Shown: positions 21,513-24,000 of the stretch, piece after piece
How positions within the stretch are numbered: the stretch's first letter is position 1
Layout: each line of letters starts with the position of its first letter
Source: Candidatus Caldarchaeum subterraneum
GTDB lineage: Archaea; Thermoproteota; Nitrososphaeria_A; Caldarchaeales; Caldarchaeaceae
Length of the DNA: 24,000 nucleotides
NCBI GenBank assembly: GCA_000270325.1
Contig: BA000048.1
Coordinates: forward strand, 1,315,494 to 1,339,493
Reading direction: 5' to 3'
Program-made: the position numbers and the translations under genes
The notes under the pieces: generated by a model
The model's input: the letters and a program-made list of their open reading frames with translations, nothing else
Databases searched by the model: none
What the model was told of the DNA's origin: nothing

Positions 21513-23616
21513 ATTCGAGAGTTTCGAGGGGATGGTAGACGGGTAGAGCTGTACCGTCGCTGATGTGTATTTTGCATACGCTGCTTGTCGAGACCACGTA
21601 GCTGCAGCCGCTTGCCTTCATTCTGCTGAAAAGCTCTTCTCCCACCACGTTGGATAGCTCGTAGCCAAGTACTCCATGCTTCATGCCGAACGTGCCGGCC
21701 ATGCCGCAGCAGGTCCCAGTCTCCACAACTGTTGCATCTATTCCGGCCGTGTTTAGAAGTGCTACGACTTCGCGGCATGAGTTAAAGGCTCTTTCATGGC
21801 ATGGGATGTGGACAGCGGCTCTGCCCTCCATCATGGGTTTGGCCTCAAGCCTGCCGTCTATGAGGAGGTTGTGCAGCAGCATGGTTAGCGAGGTGGTTGC
21901 CTCGGACACTTTCTCCGCATCTGGGGAGTGGTTGAGTAACTTGGGGTAGAGGTGTTTAAGAGTGTACGTGGCTGTCGGCTCGATGGAGACAATTACTGCG
22001 CCATCGCCGAGTGCCTTGGAAAGGTTTCCCACGTTGTATTCCGCCAGTTTCCTTGCTTTGTCAAGGTCGCCGTAGGCGAAGTATGGGTATCCGCTTGAGC
22101 GCTGGGGTGGAAGCGAAACTCTGTAACCCGCCTGTATCAGGGCGTCCACCGCCTTCGCTCCGATGTCAGGTCTCAGATACCTTGCGAAAAAGTCGGCGAA
22201 AAACACGGCATCGGCACCGTTCTCGACAACTTTTCCACGCAAAAGCTTGTCAAGAGGCTTGGCGGCGACCCTCGGCAACGTTCTTCTACGCTCTATGCCA
22301 AGAAACTTCTCCATGAAAAGGCGTGTGATGGTTGAAGAGATGAGAGTGTTGAAGAGACGTGGAAACTTGGAGCCCATTCTGTAGGCTGTTTCATAGCTTT
22401 CGACAACCTTGTTGACAAATAATTGTCCACCCTTCTGAACATAGCGATGCTTTACCTCGGCAATCATGTATGGCATGTCGATTATCGTTGGGCAGATTTC
22501 TTTGCAAAGCCCGCAGGATATGCATAGTGGGGCGAACTCCGCGGCTTTCTCGAGGCCATGTACAAAAGCTGTCCAAGGGATGCCTATCGGTCCTGTGTAG
22601 ATGTGTCCGAAAACGTGTCCGCCGAGGGATGAGTAGGTGGGGCAGATGTTCATGCATGCGCCGCATCTGATGCAGTAGAGTGCTTCCCGGAAGACGGGGT
22701 CATCACGCATGGATGAGCGTCCGTTATCGATTATGACTATGTGCATCTCACGTTCCTCGGCATGGCCTGCTAGGGGTGTTCTCCCCGAGAGGAATGAGAC
22801 ATAGTTTGTGAGCCACTGGCCCGTTGAGCTTACTGGATGTGCGACTATGAGTTTGAGCGCGTCCTCGATTTTTTCGACAAGCTTCTCCATGCCCATGACT
22901 GCTATGTATGTTTTGGCGGGGATGTTGCCCAGCCTATCGTTTCCCTCGTTTGTCTCCACAATCACCGTGCCTGTCTCTGCTATTGCTATGTTTACTCCTG
23001 TTATCGCCAACTCGGCTGTGAGAAACCTTTCTCTCAGATATTCGCGGGCGAAGTTCATCAACTCGCTGATGTCGTCGCTCAGCTTTCTTCCCGCTTCTCT
23101 GCTAAAGAGCTCCGCAACATCTTGACGTGTTTTGTGGACGGCGGGATAAACGAGGTGGAACGGCCTCTCACCCGCAAGCTGGACAATCAGCTCCCCCAAA
23201 TCGGTGTCAACAACCCTGAGTCCATGCTTTTCGAGAAACTGGTTAAGCCCAATCTCCTCTGTGGTCATCGACTTGCTCTTCGTAATTAGACGAGCATTCT
23301 TCTGCTCAGCTATGCGGTAAACTATTCGACACGCGTCCTCCGCATCTTTCGCCACATAGACTCTTGTCCCCCTTTTTTCGCAGTTTTGGATAAATTGTTG
23401 AAGTAGCTTGTCGAGATTATTTACCGCGTGTGCCTTAGCCTCTCGAGCCTCGTGTCTAAATTTTTCAAAGTCGGGGGCCAATAGCTGTATGGCCTCGCTT
23501 CTCTTGTCAAGCGTCCTGAATAGTGCATCCCTTAGATATTTTCGCCAATCGCTTTTAGGGAGGACGGTTGCCACTTTTTCAGATAAAACATGATGTAGCT
23601 CAGAGGCTTTTCTCAT
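21490..23616 (-). CDS. Fused LutB-LutA-like iron-sulfur oxidoreductase (LUD domain + 2x[4Fe-4S] ferredoxin + two CCG domains)
   Basis: ~708 aa. The N-terminal third is LUD/DUF162-like. It carries CIRCGACMNICP and CISCGLCKEICP ferredoxin motifs. The C-terminal ~260 aa is LutA/GlcF/HdrD-like, with an intact CCG domain (HIPCH...TGTCCGMAGTFG...SSVCK). ATG 23616 forms an ATGA overlap with the LutC stop, whereas the track start at 23628 is GTG. Confidence 0.78.
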   Translation of the reverse strand: MRKASELHHVLSEKVATVLPKSDWRKYLRDALFRTLDKRSEAIQLLAPDFEKFRHEAREAKAHAVNNLDKLLQQFIQNCEKRGTRVYVAKDAEDACRIVYRIAEQKNARLITKSKSMTTEEIGLNQFLEKHGLRVVDTDLGELIVQLAGERPFHLVYPAVHKTRQDVAELFSREAGRKLSDDISELMNFAREYLRERFLTAELAITGVNIAIAETGTVIVETNEGNDRLGNIPAKTYIAVMGMEKLVEKIEDALKLIVAHPVSSTGQWLTNYVSFLSGRTPLAGHAEEREMHIVIIDNGRSSMRDDPVFREALYCIRCGACMNICPTYSSLGGHVFGHIYTGPIGIPWTAFVHGLEKAAEFAPLCISCGLCKEICPTIIDMPYMIAEVKHRYVQKGGQLFVNKVVESYETAYRMGSKFPRLFNTLISSTITRLFMEKFLGIERRRTLPRVAAKPLDKLLRGKVVENGADAVFFADFFARYLRPDIGAKAVDALIQAGYRVSLPPQRSSGYPYFAYGDLDKARKLAEYNVGNLSKALGDGAVIVSIEPTATYTLKHLYPKLLNHSPDAEKVSEATTSLTMLLHNLLIDGRLEAKPMMEGRAAVHIPCHERAFNSCREVVALLNTAGIDATVVETGTCCGMAGTFGMKHGVLGYELSNVVGEELFSRMKASGCSYVVSTSSVCKIHISDGTALPVYHPLETLEFTAPCKR

Positions 23617-24000
23617 AGCCAGCTGCACACCACCGCCAAGACGTGATGAGGACCATGGATGCCCAGCACAAGCCTCTGCTCAATATCCCCCGACCTGCTC
23701 GGGCCCGAGATAAATGTGACAGCAACTCTATCCCTCTCCATGGCTGAGCGAAGCAGGTCAGAAGTCATGTAAACAGATTTGACTACGGAGGAGCCGTTGA
23801 CAAAGCATACATAGGTTTTGGGGAGGCTTGAGACGAGGCGTTCAACGTCGTCGAAGGCGACCTCGACTAGGGTTCCCGTCTCCGCCACTGCTGCGGCCGC
23901 TGTGGATATTCCCGCGTCTACAATTTTGACCACGTTGACAGGGTCTTCGGAGGAATCATATGTATAGGCTTGGATGCCCATTTCCTTCAATTTTTTCTCA
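23613..24000 (-). CDS. LutC-like LUD-domain protein (N-terminus beyond window end)
   Basis: The frame stays open to the window edge (...EKKLKEMGIQAYTY...). The sequence GISTAAAAVAETGTLVEV...RLVSSLPKTYVCFV...VTFISGPSRSGDIEQ..LGIHGPHHVLAVV is the typical LUD/LutC C-terminal pattern (AETG, SGPSxTxDIE, G.HGP). Confidence 0.72.
   Translation of the reverse strand, partial: EKKLKEMGIQAYTYDSSEDPVNVVKIVDAGISTAAAAVAETGTLVEVAFDDVERLVSSLPKTYVCFVNGSSVVKSVYMTSDLLRSAMERDRVAVTFISGPSRSGDIEQRLVLGIHGPHHVLAVVCSWL

Noticed and set aside
1-24000. Search for CRISPR arrays, IS elements or transposases, integrases, large inverted or direct repeats, and C/D-box sRNAs in intergenic spacers (e.g. 9736-9818, 12579-12667, 17335-17464).
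   Set aside because: I found no regularly spaced repeats and no transposase- or integrase-like ORFs. Near-matches to C boxes (e.g. ATGATGG at ~17451, TTGATGGA on the minus strand near 9755) lack a correctly spaced D box (CUGA) and terminal stem.

Overview
This is an archaeal chromosomal window. The evidence is TATA/BRE-like promoters, many apparently leaderless genes, an ESCRT-III/CdvB-like gene, archaeal-type LeuRS, and GC-rich tRNAs and rRNA that suggest a thermophile, probably of the TACK/Thermoproteota lineage.

Left edge, minus strand: the first ~1.24 kb of a 23S rRNA gene. It is interrupted at the GTPase-associated centre by an intron whose ORF is a two-motif LAGLIDADG homing endonuclease. 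That ORF is absent from the supplied ORF track because it runs off the window. No 16S gene lies upstream of the 23S. Instead there is a small four-CxxC Zn-ribbon gene followed by a geranylgeranyl-reductase-family gene.

The remaining content, in order:
- acylphosphatase
- an orphan 2-oxoacid dehydrogenase E1-alpha
- a tight five-gene minus-strand operon (4589-9045): an acyl-CoA dehydrogenase, two thiolase-fold paralogs that both lack the thiolase catalytic Cys/His residues, and two DUF35 Zn-ribbon/OB proteins
- a divergent putative di-haem membrane protein
- an acetoacetyl-CoA-synthetase-like ligase
- tRNA-Arg(GCG)
- a membrane protein
- a stand-alone ESCRT-III/CdvB-like gene
- leuS, overlapped by a DsrE-like gene
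- a HEPN/MNT pair whose HEPN gene is frameshifted in an A8/T8 run
- a NitT/TauT-type ABC transporter
- tRNA-Arg(UCU)
- UPF0216/DUF61
- a small membrane protein
- RidA
- a LutC plus fused LutB-LutA lactate-utilisation-like module

The best candidate for an undescribed system is the ACAD / pseudo-thiolase pair / double-DUF35 operon. All homology statements come from reading motifs by eye; no searches were run.
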